From contig NW_026515675.1 in the NCBI RefSeq assembly GCF_025526975.1, positions 186,001-250,000 of the forward strand: a stretch of DNA of 64,000 nt. The letters run 5' to 3'. The notes below the pieces were generated by a model. That model saw only the letters and a program-made list of their open reading frames with translations. It made no database searches and was not told where the DNA came from. The first letter of the stretch is position 1; the number at the start of each line of letters is the position of its first letter. Origin of the DNA: Fimicolochytrium jonesii (lineage: Eukaryota). Positions 47,925-61,097 of the stretch are shown piece by piece. A program made the translations under genes and the position numbers.

Positions 47925-50045
47925 ATGAGTGCACAACAACCTCCAGCGGAGCCTTTGACCTGGGGGAAAGCCGCTCAAGCCGCCGCTCAAACAAGCTATC
48001 CAGCAGAACCTTTCCCAGGCGACATGAGCACTCGACCCTATTCGCCAACAACAGCCAACAGACCTATATTCGAATCCCGTGCGCCAGTCTCAAAGCCCAA
48101 CGCCCAGTCTTCTAGCGGTTCAAGGCAACAGAGACCCACAGGTCTCGGTCCCCACCCCGCCGGCATGAAGAGCCAAACATTTTTCAAGCGACCTCCGGCC
48201 ACAGCCCGAGCACCTCGCGCCAAGGTCGATATTGGTGCTGTGCCACCGATGGCGAAGGAAGTGCGTGAGGCCCTCGGATGGGGAGCCGTCACTCATGAAA
48301 AACCGGTGATGGCAGCGTGGCCTCCCTTGCCGAAAGATCATGTCGTCCCCAGCATCAAAACTCTCTGGGAAGAAGCTGTAGCTCAACCGGAACCTGTGCT
48401 TGGCGCGCATGGAAAGGTTGTCCCTGGCAGTGGAGGATTGCCGACGAAGGGCGGGACAAATGGCAAAACTGGAACGTTCGAAATCGGAGACTTCAGGCCA
48501 AAGACCACTTCGGTCCCGTTCCCGCCCGTCACCGCTCGTGCCCTTCGACCGAATACGACGGCGGTTTCTCGGATTGTTAACGGCAATGTTGCAATCAATG
48601 GGAAAGCGGCTACCAGTGGTGCTTCCCAACAGCCCGCTACTGGATCAAGGAATTCCTCTCCGTTACCGAACGCTCCAGCAAGGAAGGCCTCGCCGTCTCC
48701 CAACGATCGGCCACCCAAGCCCCCGTCTCCGCAACCGACGACAAGGCAGACCATTGCCACCGAGATCAAAACATCAGCAACTTCCTCGACAAAGCCCGTG
48801 TCCAACGGTGCCTCTCTGCAGCCAGCGACGAAGTCTTCCAGCACTGCCGATGTCAATGCATCTTCGAGACGCTTGGACGAAGCTTGGGGACCCAACGACT
48901 TCCATGCGGCCGCACCCATAAACCCTACGGTCACTCCCAAACCAAGGGAACCTGTCAAAATTACACCCGTGGACAACGAGGTGCCAGTCAAACTTGTACC
49001 GGTGACGGAAACAAAAGCTGATACCCTTCCTCAACAAAGCGGGAACAGCTCAAAAGCCAAGCTCGATACCCCGACGGTGACCGCCCAACCTACGGCCAGC
49101 GCGGCACCAGCAATACCAACCCCCAAGAAGCAACCAATGCCAGAAGTGGTCTATATCGAAGAAGACTGGGATCAAGACTGGCACGCGATCGATAATGAGC
49201 CGAAAACAGAAGTTGTGGAGCAGCGTGTGCCGACCCAGCCTGTGCCAACCGCGCCTGTGAAGCCTTCTTTCGATGGGGAGATTATTCGAGTGGGAAACGA
49301 GTTCTATGAGGAGGATCCTGGTGGGTTTGAGGTTCGAAGGCGGGTAAGAGCCGCGGCCCCCAAAGCGAAGGTCGAGGAGGCCGATGTAGGGGTCGACGAG
49401 GCTGTTGCGAAAATGGAAGGAGAAGAGGGGGAAAGGGAGCCTGGCGCTGTGGGGAACACTTCCAAGATGGCAGAAAATCCTTCGAAACCCACCGCCAAAA
49501 TGTCCGCAAAAGATGAGAAGTTAGAGGAGCGGAAGTCAGGCGAGCAACAAGGCGAGAAATCCTCAGCCGTTCAAATCAACGAGGAGAAAGAAGCGGCAGG
49601 AACGGACGAACCAGCAAAAATCGCGACAAACGACTCGATAGGCATGCAAGCGACGGCGTCCGCGGCAGAAGGAGACGCACAAGCATCACTCTCCGCATGC
49701 GATCCCGCCACAGTCTCCTCCATCTCACGTTCAGCACCTGTCGCCCCAGATGCCGCCACCCACTCCTCAAAACCCACCAAACATAAATCCCTCATCCGAT
49801 TCCGCCTCACCACCACCACCCCAGACCCCAGCGACCTCTCACGCCAGATACCGAAAGAGAACGTTTTCCGCGTGAAGTCGCTGGACGAGAAAATCGTCAA
49901 AGAACAGTTCGACGCGTTTTGTAGCGAGATTCAGGTCGATGAAGCAGATAAGGAGGGGAGCTGGGGGTTGCTGCTGAAGGCGCTGGAGGCGAAACGGGAG
50001 AAGATGGGGTGCGGCGTAGTGGCTGGAGCTTACCTGGGTATCTGA
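47925..50045 (+). CDS. Hypothetical, largely disordered Pro/Ser/Thr/Ala-rich protein with a possible small C-terminal domain
   Basis: 706-aa open frame from ATG 47925 (MSAQQPPAEP...); only the last ~80 aa (LIRFRL...EQFDAFCSEI...WGLLLKALE) look globular. Confidence 0.7.
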   Translation: MSAQQPPAEPLTWGKAAQAAAQTSYPAEPFPGDMSTRPYSPTTANRPIFESRAPVSKPNAQSSSGSRQQRPTGLGPHPAGMKSQTFFKRPPATARAPRAKVDIGAVPPMAKEVREALGWGAVTHEKPVMAAWPPLPKDHVVPSIKTLWEEAVAQPEPVLGAHGKVVPGSGGLPTKGGTNGKTGTFEIGDFRPKTTSVPFPPVTARALRPNTTAVSRIVNGNVAINGKAATSGASQQPATGSRNSSPLPNAPARKASPSPNDRPPKPPSPQPTTRQTIATEIKTSATSSTKPVSNGASLQPATKSSSTADVNASSRRLDEAWGPNDFHAAAPINPTVTPKPREPVKITPVDNEVPVKLVPVTETKADTLPQQSGNSSKAKLDTPTVTAQPTASAAPAIPTPKKQPMPEVVYIEEDWDQDWHAIDNEPKTEVVEQRVPTQPVPTAPVKPSFDGEIIRVGNEFYEEDPGGFEVRRRVRAAAPKAKVEEADVGVDEAVAKMEGEEGEREPGAVGNTSKMAENPSKPTAKMSAKDEKLEERKSGEQQGEKSSAVQINEEKEAAGTDEPAKIATNDSIGMQATASAAEGDAQASLSACDPATVSSISRSAPVAPDAATHSSKPTKHKSLIRFRLTTTTPDPSDLSRQIPKENVFRVKSLDEKIVKEQFDAFCSEIQVDEADKEGSWGLLLKALEAKREKMGCGVVAGAYLGI

Positions 50046-51759
50046 AAGAAGGCGGCGTATGGAGAGGACTTGGGAGCCCAACCTGTGGCGAATGAGCATC
50101 CCCTTCCTGAGAGCACCTTAACAGACCGAGTCATGGCGTACCATACCCAGTGTCATGTGTGATACAAAATATACCGAACCAGTTGCCATTCACGTTCATA
50201 TGTCGCAGGTTCTCTGGCCAGACTTGCTTTTCTTCAGGGGAAGGTGCTACATACATATCTCTTGGGATCGTCGTTTGCGCGAACTGCCCGGCACTCTCTT
50301 GAGGGTGCGCTGTGTATCCGGACCTGAATTTCAATTCAACCGTGGCGAGAGTACGCTCCACTGCTGCTGATCAAGTTTCAAGTGTGCTGCCGAGTGGGAT
50401 GCGTTGGTTTCCACTCCGCAAGTTGGTTGGTTTCCTGCGTCAGTCCCTCAAGGCAAACCTAGCCCACCACTTTCAGAGGGCACTTGACCCAGTGATGACA
50501 GGTCAGTGTCGCGGGTATTTCAGCAGAATCCGGTCATCGCCGTGGAGCTCTCATCAGCTTTCGAACGCCGCCTCTCTTTTCTGTTTTCCTTTTGCCATGC
50601 TTTTTTTTGTGTCCTGTAGTGATATTTTGAGGCCGCTTCCGCTTGATACATAATGGGCCGGTCACGGTGGCATCCAACGCGTTGAATTGCTTTGTCATCA
50701 GTAAATACTGTTACTACTGTACACATATAACGCGTGGTTGGTGGTCAAAGGTATATATACAATTTGCCATGATCACAGAAAGCACGCGAAATTTACAATA
50801 TCCGAAATTTTTCTCCCAACGGGGGCTTCTGTGGATCGAAGCGACGTCGCATGCAGATATCGCTTTGATTTAGGCGGGCTAATCAAACCTGCTACAAGTG
50901 GGATGGGCTAGGTAATCAGAAGCAGCGGCTGGAGCAAAGTCTCGGATGACTCTCTGGCATGTTGGACTCGGAAATTCTTACTTTTTCCAAGATCTTATCG
51001 CGCGTTACTGTCAAAGGTATGCGATGGGCGTACCAGGTACGGGATCCATACCATGAAACTCGCAATAGCTGGTATATGGTACAGTAATACAACGACAATT
51101 TACAACAGCGACGCAAGGTATCGACGATCCTCCTCTCCCATGGTCCCTGCCACTTGGCGGTTGAAGAGTGAGAAGCGGAGGCGTCCCATTCCATGTTTTT
51201 CGTCCACATTTTGACCCCGATTTCTTTTTGTGCTCACCTGCCAATGGAGGGCGGGCTAATACCGTGGGAAGTCCACCATACGTACGAAATTTCCCTTACC
51301 GGACGCCTTTTAACTACCGCTACTACTGTCAAGCATTGGTACGCTGGTACGCCCATACGATTTGCACAAGTTATTGCAATTGCGTGCAACTTCAAGTTGG
51401 AGGATGATTTTCATCAGCGCTCCTGCTGTCAGTGCCATGTCAAGGTGTGTCCAAAAGGCACTCCCAAAGCCCCACCCTGACACAAGGCATTCGTGAGGTG
51501 TCTCTCAAACTTTCGCCCAAAGCTCAAATCCCAGTTCAGGTCATCAGTCTTCCAATTATTATTCGTCCTGTCTGTGTGCAGTGAGGAGTCAGGAGGAAAG
51601 CGACGTGAAGCGCGATATCCGCTGGGTCGAGCAACGGCGGCAACGACGACAACGACCACGGCGTACCAAGATAAACTGACAAAACCGAGCCGTCACGAGG
51701 TAGGGTCGTCCCGCGGGGGTTGCGGTCGCAAGAGTCAACGTTGCCTTCCCTGCTGCAGC

Positions 51760-54700
51760 ATGGCCGGTAAAGATGTTCCTTTGAACTATCCGAATTCCCA
51801 AGGCAGCTCGTCGCCGTCAACAGAATCCTTCGCGCCCACGACGCAGGCGACAAATTCCCGAGCCAATTTTGGCGGCGTAAGACGGCTACTGCATACCCGC
51901 TCGTTCTCAGGCTTGGGCTACTCGCCTTCGTGTTCGGTTTCGGTTGAGGAAGAATTGGAGGGCCCACGCAAGTCCACCGACCAACACCTGTACGCTCAAA
52001 ACGCTGAAGAGCATATAGAGGTTCACGAAACCGGTCTCTCCAGCCTCGACCCGGATTTTTCGTCGCCTCTGGAGTTCGAAATTTCCCCGGCGGAAACGTC
52101 GATGGACATATCTATGCCCTCTCCTTTGTGCACACAACCAGTGCTCGACGTGGCACCAATAATCGGAGCATGTGATGACGATATGGACCAACAATCAGGC
52201 AATCGAAGCTATGTACAAATGGACAAGAACTCGAGATCTGGCTACAGTCAGCTCGCTCCTCCGGATCCACTCGACGGTCAAGGTGAATCATCGTCCACCG
52301 GGACTCTGGCTCAACATTCCAACATGGACTCTCGACCATCATTATTACATTCGTCCCGGCCAGCAGATCGGCAATCAGACGAGAGCAGCATCCTCGCCCG
52401 TCGAGGGCGCATGGGAGCTGTCGTGTTTGGCCCATCCTACGAAAACTACTTTGCCAGCTTTCCCACGCCCATCGCAACTCCACTGGCCCCTACGCCGCCA
52501 TCGACCCCGGCTTGTTCATTCGAAGGATCACCCGCGTCCAAGTTCGCTAGGCGATACGGTCAACCAGCGGAGGAGACGCTAGCGCTGCCGCTCATCGGCC
52601 GTTTGAAGAGCATTGCACAGAGCCAACAATCCGAAGACGACGATGAGCGACGCATCACCGACGCCGTAGCAGAGGCGGAGAGGCTTCTGTTCGGTGCGGA
52701 CGGGGTGGATCAAGATTGGGAGGAAGCCGTCAGAATCCTGAAGCTGATTGTATTCGAGGAGAAAACGCACAGAGCGCTTTCACAAGCGACACTGTCGGCC
52801 ATGTCGACGGCATCCGAGAATGCAGCGTCATCGGCGCACAAGAGTGGAGGCGGGAACGAAGCCATGCGGGAGGAGTTCGCGGAGGCGCCAAAACCATATT
52901 CATTCACGGTCCGGCCCGAGTTGTCGGCAGCGTTTGGACATGCGCAGGCGATATTGGCATTTTGTTACGAGTTCAGCATGGGTTGTCAACCTGACTATCC
53001 TCTATGCGAGGACTTGTATAAGAAGGCTGCTCTTCACGGGAGTGGGCTGGCCTGCACCCGGTTGTCCTTCTTGCGTCGGTATGGTCGGCCAAGCGTTAGA
53101 ATCGACAGAGTAGAGGCCGAGGGTTGGAGTCGAAGAGTCAACGAAATCGGTCCGTCGGCCATACAATGGCTTGTCGAAGCCGCGCAGACGTACGAGATAC
53201 CTTCTGCCAACTATGCGCTGGGACTTTGCTATCACGATGGTGTAGGGATGCCTAGGAGCCCGGAAATGGCCGTGCATTTCTACCGTAAGGCCGCTGCCGC
53301 GGAGCACCCAAGAGGACTTGGTATTTTGGGATACTGTTACGGAGACGGCTACGGTGTCGAGAAAGACGAAACTTTGGCCTTCGGGTACTACCTACGCGCG
53401 GCTCAAGTTGGGGAATCGGTCTCGATGTATAACGTCGCCCACGCTCTGGAAGAAGGTGTCGGCACTGAGCGCAATCTCGCCGAAGCTGTAAATTGGTACC
53501 GTAGGGCGGCAGCCCTTGGAAACTGTTTCGCCCAAAATGCTTTGGGATATTTATTCGAAGAAGGATTCGCCGGTTTGCCGAGAGACGAGGTTGCGGCCGT
53601 GCGGTGGTACGCGCTAGCAGCTCATCAGGGGTACCCCTGGGCCCAATGCAATTTGGGGTTTTGCTTGGTTAGCGGCATCGGTGTCGCTGCCCGGGACGAA
53701 GTCAGGGGCGCATACTGGTAAGCGTTCTCGCGCGCCGTCCGTCATGGAATCACCGTGCTTCGTTTTGAATCGACCTATGTTCCCTCGTCTTCCCTCAGGT
53801 ATCACGCTGCCGCACGACAAGGCCATTCACGAGCTCAGCACAACCTCGGACACGCATACCTTTATGGCATCGGCGTTCGCCGTGACGAACACCGGGCCGT
53901 CGAATGGTTCCTACGAGCTGCACGAGCCAACAACCCTTTCGCCCTGCATTCACTTGGCTACTGCTTTCACCACGGAATCGCCGTTCCCACCGACGAGCGA
54001 CGTGCATTAGCACTGTACAGACGTGCAGCGAAGCTCGGTCACCCGCCAGCCCAACTCTCATTAGGAAGATGCTATCTTGATGGTGTCGGCGTGTCAACCG
54101 GTGAGGACGACGAACCAGATACGGTGGCTCAGAATAATCGACGCGCATTCAAGTGGATACGACGGGCCGCCCTCGCTGGCGGCAACGACCTTGCCATGAA
54201 CACATTAGCACATCTCTATGAGGCTGGGATCGGTGTCCGTGCTTCTTTCCGCAAAGCTATCACACATTACTGGAATTCGGCAAGAATGGGCAACTCGTGC
54301 GCTCTAGCGAACCTGTCTTTTATGTATCTAGAGAATCTGCACCTATTTCCTACGCCTTCGACTTCCGCAGCTGGCACTGCTATGGATCTGCCTTCAACAT
54401 TGATACCCGCCACTACAGCGTCAGACGATGGTGGCAATCCATTAACCTATGCAACTACGACGCGCCGAAACCATAGACCACAAGCTCCGCAAGACACGAA
54501 TTGCGATATAACCACTGAAGACCCGCCGAATTCGACGGAGACTGCCAATGAATCTAATGAACAACCGACCACCTTGCCGAGCACGCCTCTATTCCGTCCA
54601 ACCCCACAACAGGTGCTCCATCTTGTACGCCTGGCGGCCAACGAGGGTCAACCGCGCGCACAAGAACGTCTCGGCGACCTCCTCTTCATGGGCAACCCGC

Positions 54701-55338
54701 GGCTGAACCTACCCAGAGACTACAGCGAAGCTGTGATGTGGTACGAGCTCTCCGCGATGGGCGGAAACATCACCGCAATGACAAAACTGGGCAACTGCCT
54801 CGAAGGAGGCATCGGCTGCGAGCGTGACGTTGACTCAGCAGTGGACTGGTTCGCCAAGGCCGCTGCGCTTGGCGACGCCGACGCCGCTCGATATCTGGCC
54901 CCTTTATTGGCACTGAGACCTTCAAGACGCAGAAGACGACGTATCAGACAATCCGCTGCCACCATCCCGGGCCAGGCGGACGGCGATTCCGTCATCGTCC
55001 TCTCGTCCTCTCCTTCAACGACATCGCCCCTGTCCTCATCCCTGCACCTCACCGGGCCATCCGGGCTTTCCATCACCATCCCCGCCATGCCTCTCACCCC
55101 TCCCTCCACGCCCGCGGAGGCCGATTCCGCCGCAGATGACGACGAATTAGGAGCCGAGTCCTACATCGAGGACGACGGCGCTGAAGACGATGACGACGAC
55201 GACTATGAAGAGTATGAAGAATACGAGGAGTACGATGATGATGACTTCTATGATGATGACGATAGCATGGAGCCGTCCTCTGCGGCGTATACGAGGGGGT
55301 TCTCGATTGTGGCGGGGACTGTTGCCCCCGCGGCGTAG
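51760..55338 (+). CDS. Sel1-like repeat protein
   Basis: Many repeats of the type A..LG.CY..G.GV.....A..WY..AA..G (e.g. ANYALGLCYHDGVG, AQNALGYLFEEG, AQHNLGHAYLYGIG, AQLSLGRCYLDGVG); one intron near 53718-53798; disordered N-terminus and D/E/Y-rich tail. Confidence 0.92.
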
Positions 55339-55948
55339 AGAAGATAGAGACGACTGGAGAGAGGTGGAGAAGAAATCGTTTTTGTAGCTAGTCTGTATTC
55401 TCGCGATGTTGTGCCGTTAGATTTCTGGTAGCGTAGAGGATATCCCCGCCCTGTCCCATGTCAGAGTCGCTGGCTTTCCATTCTATTGATTGCGTACATA
55501 AGCAACGTCAGTCTTTTCTGGAGAGGATGTTCGCACTGCTCGGAAGCCCCCTTCACTTCCTCCTGTACACATGTACATATGTGTTTGGACCAATAGAAGG
55601 CGACTCAAGTTGTCGTGATATCGAGCTGTCGGCATCATCAAATTCTGATATTCCTTGCTTCTTTCTTCACAACGACAATTCGTGCATTGTTATGGGTGGA
55701 TGTGCATTTGTGACTATGTGAGTGTGTATGTGCGTATGTATTGAATGATGTTTTACAAATGTCCCTTGAGAAAGCTCGGGTGGCGGAGGGTACTGTCGGC
55801 GTAGTGTACGAGGAGCCGAAATACGAAAAAAAAAAAGTGAAGTTATGTGGATGAATAGGTCGAAAAATGGTCGAGCGGGCATTCAACGGGAAGGCAAGGG
55901 AAGGTGTCCAAAAAAATAGGCCGATCTCAGTATTTACTAACGTTTCAA

Positions 55949-58900
55949 TCATGGCGCAGCTTCCACGGTTCTTTCGATCCCTATGGGCGGCATCGGGTCC
56001 ACGCTTGTCGTAGCCGATGACGGTCTCCCTGTCGCATCGTCAGCATTTGCAGTGAGTTGATCCCCAGATGCAGCTACAATCATCCCCGATGCATTGAGAG
56101 TGATCTGCCGTGGTAATCTGGTGATTTTCACGTTTCGCAAGTTCAGTCCCATGCCGAGGTCGAGATCGGCGGGCTCGTCTTGAATTGAATATGTTCCAGC
56201 TACTGATGTTGTTGCTGACGATGTGGGAAGGGCTTGTGGATTGAGTTGGGCCAGGCGGGCTGTGTCCGCGGCGGTGAGTGGCTTGCTGGATTGTTTAAGT
56301 TTGCGCAAGTGTTTGATTTCGCTGTATAACGAACGCATCGTAGTAAGAAATCAGGTCATATATGAATCTTTCAGCGAGCAGAACACATACCCAAGCAATT
56401 GTCGGTTGACGTTGACGTTTCCAGCCGAGTCGATCCTAAACTTGACTTGGTTGGCATCGATCAGATTCTTCAGACGAGCAACCTTGCTTCGGAGTATGGT
56501 CTGTTGCGACCTGAACTCGCTGGCGACTTCTGGCGATACCGCATCCTTGGTCCTCCGTGGGGCGCTTGACCCCGATCCCGCTGTCATATCTAGTGTCGAT
56601 CCACTGGCCGCCTCTGTCGATACTGGGGCCGAATATGTTTGCGCCAAACGTCTAACTGCGGCCGCTAGGACCGATGGATCCTGCAAGTGATTGGCAAGAT
56701 CATACAGCTCGGTCCGGAACGTCTTGATCTTCGTCTCGTAATGGTGCGCCATACTATGCTCCGTTGCGTAATTTTCTTTCTCGGTTGTCAGTTTCGCCGA
56801 TAATTTGTCGATGCGATGTTGGAACTTCTCTTTGTCATTGGATAGATGCTCGAGGGCCGTGTTGATGGACTGGATGTGCGTGCTCATGTCTTTGATATGC
56901 GTCTCGCGTGGTTCCACTTGCTCTTTCAGCTCTTTGATGCGGTAGTCAAGGACGAACTTGAACTTCTCGAGTTCTTGATTCTTTTTCTTTAGCTCGTAGA
57001 CACGCCGCTCCTTTTCTTGGATGTGGGCATCGCGCTCGGCCATCTGAGATGGATCAGTTAACGTTGGACATTCGGAATTCTGTCGCGGAAGTTCAACTCA
57101 CATCGCTCTTCAGCATATTGATCTCTCTCGTCAAATGCCCCAATGCTGTTTTCAATCTCTTCTCCTCACTCTGCATTCTCGTGCTCTCCGCTCGTGAAGC
57201 CTCAATGTCCTTCGTAAGGGTGTTGAACTTCTTGCGCATGATGCCGTTCTCGCCTTTGAGCCGAGCGCATTCTTCCCGTTCCATTTGGAGCCTCTTCTGG
57301 TAGCGTTGTTGTAGCCGGTCCAATTCCGTATCTAGATCTTCACTGACCTGCTTGTGCTCCTCTTCGTGCTCATTGTATTGGCGGCGTATTTCTGCTTGCA
57401 CCTTTGAGACGGTATGCAGCGTTAGCAGGTGAATAACCCCGACCACTGCGTTTTCATGCCATACCTTGTCGATGTGTGTACTCTGACCCTCCAAACGTGC
57501 TTCCCATTCGCGCTGGGCATTTAGTAAATCCCCGTTGCATTGCGCCTGCATCTGTCTCAACGCATCCTGCCATCCGGCTTGAAGCGTGTTCGATTGTTTC
57601 TGGGCTTCTTGATACTTGTCGTACTCGGCCATCAGTTCTTGGTTGTACTGAGCTTCACGTTCCTAAGACGTTCTGTCAGTCAGTTGCTCAGATTGAGCCT
57701 GTGAATAGATCCCTTACATGTAGAGCGGCAGCGTGCGCATTCATGAGTTCCGCCACAGCCATTTCGTTTTTCACTTCCACTCCCTCCTTTTCCGTCCGGA
57801 GGGTGCTCGCGCTGCCTTTCAACTGATCAAGCTCATCCGAGAACCTATCAGTGAGGTCTTTCATCTTTTCCGTAAAAGTCATATCTTTCAATCGAAGCTG
57901 ATATTCGTGCTCGACAGCGAGCTCTTCAAGGGATCGGCGCAGTTCGGCGATTTGTATGTTGCTGTCTTCTAGATCAGATTTGTTTACCAAGACCTATAGT
58001 GCAAGGTTGTTTAGATGCGAAGTTCGTAGACATCAAGAGCCGTTTCCATAGTAACCTCGTCCGAGAAGAAGTTGCTGCGTTCCTTGCGGACGCCTTTCTC
58101 TGCCTTCTCATCGATTCTGAAGCACAGAAGAACTCCATCCTCTGAGACCGAAAAGAGATACTGATCGTCATAGGAAACCGCGAGCTTTGTGATTGATGCA
58201 CAATGTGCACGGTGCTCCTGGAAGTCTCCAGGTTCGCCTGTAAGCGGAAACTTGATGGCGCGGATGGTGCCGGATGCGGTTCCTGAAGAGGGGTCCATGG
58301 TTTTCAGAAGGTATGCAAGTACATAGCAATCACCGCGCATTGAACTTACCTGCAAAAAGCATCCGCCCCGAACGCGACATGGCTAATTGCGTCAAAACTT
58401 CGTCCGTCTCCACATCCATCACTACAGAAGATTCGTTGATTTCCTGATGAGTTATCAGCGCTAGCATGTCAATAACATCCCACACTCTCCCTCCAACACT
58501 CCCGAGCTTTCCCTTACCTTGATTTTCTTATCATTGCCAACGACCCACATCGTCTTGCCATCGCTCGAGATGATCGCTGAAGAGTAGCTCGTGTTCTTCA
58601 AGATGTATTCGTTTTCACGCTTGAAATCGATCATGTTCCACGCGTACACCGCCCCATCGGCACCGGCGGAGACTAGATATGCGTCATCGGGGGTCCAGTT
58701 GAGTGAGCGCACGCGCCCATTGTGCCCTTTGAGGCTGGCGATGTTGTCGCACGTCCAGGTGGAGAAGATGTGGATCATGTTGCCGTGGGCTGCGGCGAAG
58801 AATTGCCCGCCAGACGAGAACTTGCACTATATCGCACATGAGAGAATGTTTGCATTGCTCGCCATCACCTTGAGCATCTTACCTCGCGACAACCTCTTAG

Positions 58901-60530
58901 CCCAAATTCTCTGAATGGATGCAGATCGTCCACCAGAACGTTCATCATTCGCAGCTTATCGCTGAACCCGACAAGCATATGCTGTCCACTTGGATGCAGC
59001 GCCACCGACAACGGTTCCTCGTTGCAGAACTTGGCAAACAAGCATTCTTTCTGTTCGTAGTCCCACACTCGGATAGAGCTGTCTTCGGCGCAGGTGGCAA
59101 CGATGGTGCGCCGCACACACACATCCATGCTCGTGATGCTGCCGAAGTGAAATGGTTCTGTCAAGGGCACAAACTTTGGGAGCTCACTCTGATGGGCAGG
59201 ATCGATGTCAGCGAGATGAGTAAATGCTCTTTTCAAATGGCACGAGGGCCGCACCTTCAGCCCTCTTTGCTCGGTCAAGATGAACCGGAACATTTGCGAA
59301 TACACAGTTTCGATCACAAGCACGCCCTCAGCCGCATTTCCCGTCAGACTCCTCACGTCCGACTCCTCAGGGACCGTCAACTGTCTCGTCAACTTGTATA
59401 CATCTTTTCCCTCCCGATCAGCGTTGAATTTGTCGAAAACCCTCAACGCACCGCCTTTCGCGGCCACTGCGAACCCTGGCGTCAGGCCCAAGATGGCGGA
59501 TATGGGAGGAAGATCTGTAATCGTTTGCATGATGACGCCTCTGTCAACTATCAGGATCTGCCCACTCTCAGTGCCTAGTGCTAGTCGCGATGCGGGAGGC
59601 GGCAGCCATGCGCCGCAGGTTATACTCTGCGCATGAATGCCATCAGCAATTTCAAACACGGGGAATAAAGGAATCAAGGGCATCTTACATGTCCATGTAT
59701 GCCATATAGCGGCTCCCCGGTTAACGCTCCCTCCTTGTATCGATATACATTCGCCGTTTTGCGCATTATAATGCACATCTCTGTCTCGTCAATGGGGTTG
59801 ATCGTCAGGTCTGTCACATCGGCAGGCTCGTCTGTTGCGTTGGGCACCAGCTTCAAGGTGGCCAAGGTTTTCCCTTTTTCCCACGAGTAGTAGTGCAACA
59901 TCCAATCCGGTCCACCGGATTGGGCGGCGAGGTATCTCGAATCATAGGAGAAGCATAGGGAGACGAACTCCTGATATTCGCGAAGCATGCACAATGCATC
60001 AGTTCGCAACATCCGAGAACCCCACGCTCCCAAAAATTAACATGCAAAACGTACATACTTGCGAAAGACAGCTTTCCGCTGCAGTCAATCCCCGTCGCTT
60101 CTTCCACGTATGCACCTCATAGACAGTCACAGATGGTCGCCCCGCAGCGCCCGTAGCTCCAGGTTTCGCCTTTTCGGCGACCGCGTACAGGCGTCGATCT
60201 GATGCAATGGCCATGGCTGTTATCCCGCGAGAACATGATGCTACATTCTTCTGGGTGTCTTGTTCCACATTTGCCGCTGAGAGACGAAACATGTGGGTAG
60301 AGAAGTGATGAGATAGCATTCCTTGGAAATAAGAAACAGCGTCCGGCCGAACCTATGATGTTGCATCCTGCAGAGTACATAGTGGTATGTTGATCAATGT
60401 AGAGCACATTTTTGTTGACCTTGGCATTAGACCCGAAGGCATAGCTGCGGGAAAGATCGGTACGTGAGCGAAAGGGAGGTAATCTACGTTGGTTTCATCC
60501 ATACCCGTGGCCGACAGATGCGATAGACAT
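55949..60530 (-). CDS. CFAP57: Cilia/flagella-associated WD40 + coiled-coil protein CFAP57 (WDR65), multi-exon
   Basis: YLAAQSGGPDWMLHYYSWEKGK, FHFGSITSMDVCVRR, VALHPSG, VGFSDKLRMMN, LKGHNGRVRS, EHEYQLRLKD, RLKGENGIMRKKF, IQEKERRVYELKKKNQELEKFKFVLDYRIKELKEQVEPRE. Confidence 0.93.
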
Positions 60531-61097
60531 GGCGGATTTCCGGTGAGAGAATTAAGGACTGGATGCATAAGCGGGATCGTCTCTTTCAAATTTGCTCCGA
60601 CGATCCGTTTATTCCAGATCGTTAACTACTTCGTTTATGCTGATCTCACGCAAGTGGACGGGCCTGGAGGTGCTTGAGCTTCGCATCCACAGGGATTCGG
60701 GGATGGAGGACCACCAATCGCTAGAACCAAAATCAATGTTGATCCAAAGGCTCGTGTATTTCGTGACCTCCGCTGGTATGTACTGTATGAACGTAGCTGA
60801 CTTCGTCCATTTGCACTGCGAAGCCCCAATTCACTTTCTGATGGACAGCAAAACGTTGGAGACGCGATCACCTCACGCGTATTTGACGCGTTCCGATCCA
60901 TTCGACTGACTGAATGGATCGACTGACTTTTTCCCAAGGCAAGTCTTCTACTGTAACTTTCGCGGTGAACCTTGAGACATGATGCATCACAGATACAATG
61001 TAACTTTGTTTCCACTCCTTTGCTGCTATTCCAAAAGGCATTGCATATATACTGATAGGCAACCCTGCCTATGCGGGACAGATCTATGTGAAACTTC

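Noticed and set aside
50100..51700. Short ORFs between the orphan gene and the Sel1 gene
   Set aside because: No motifs, codon bias or consistent splice model; treated as intergenic or UTR.
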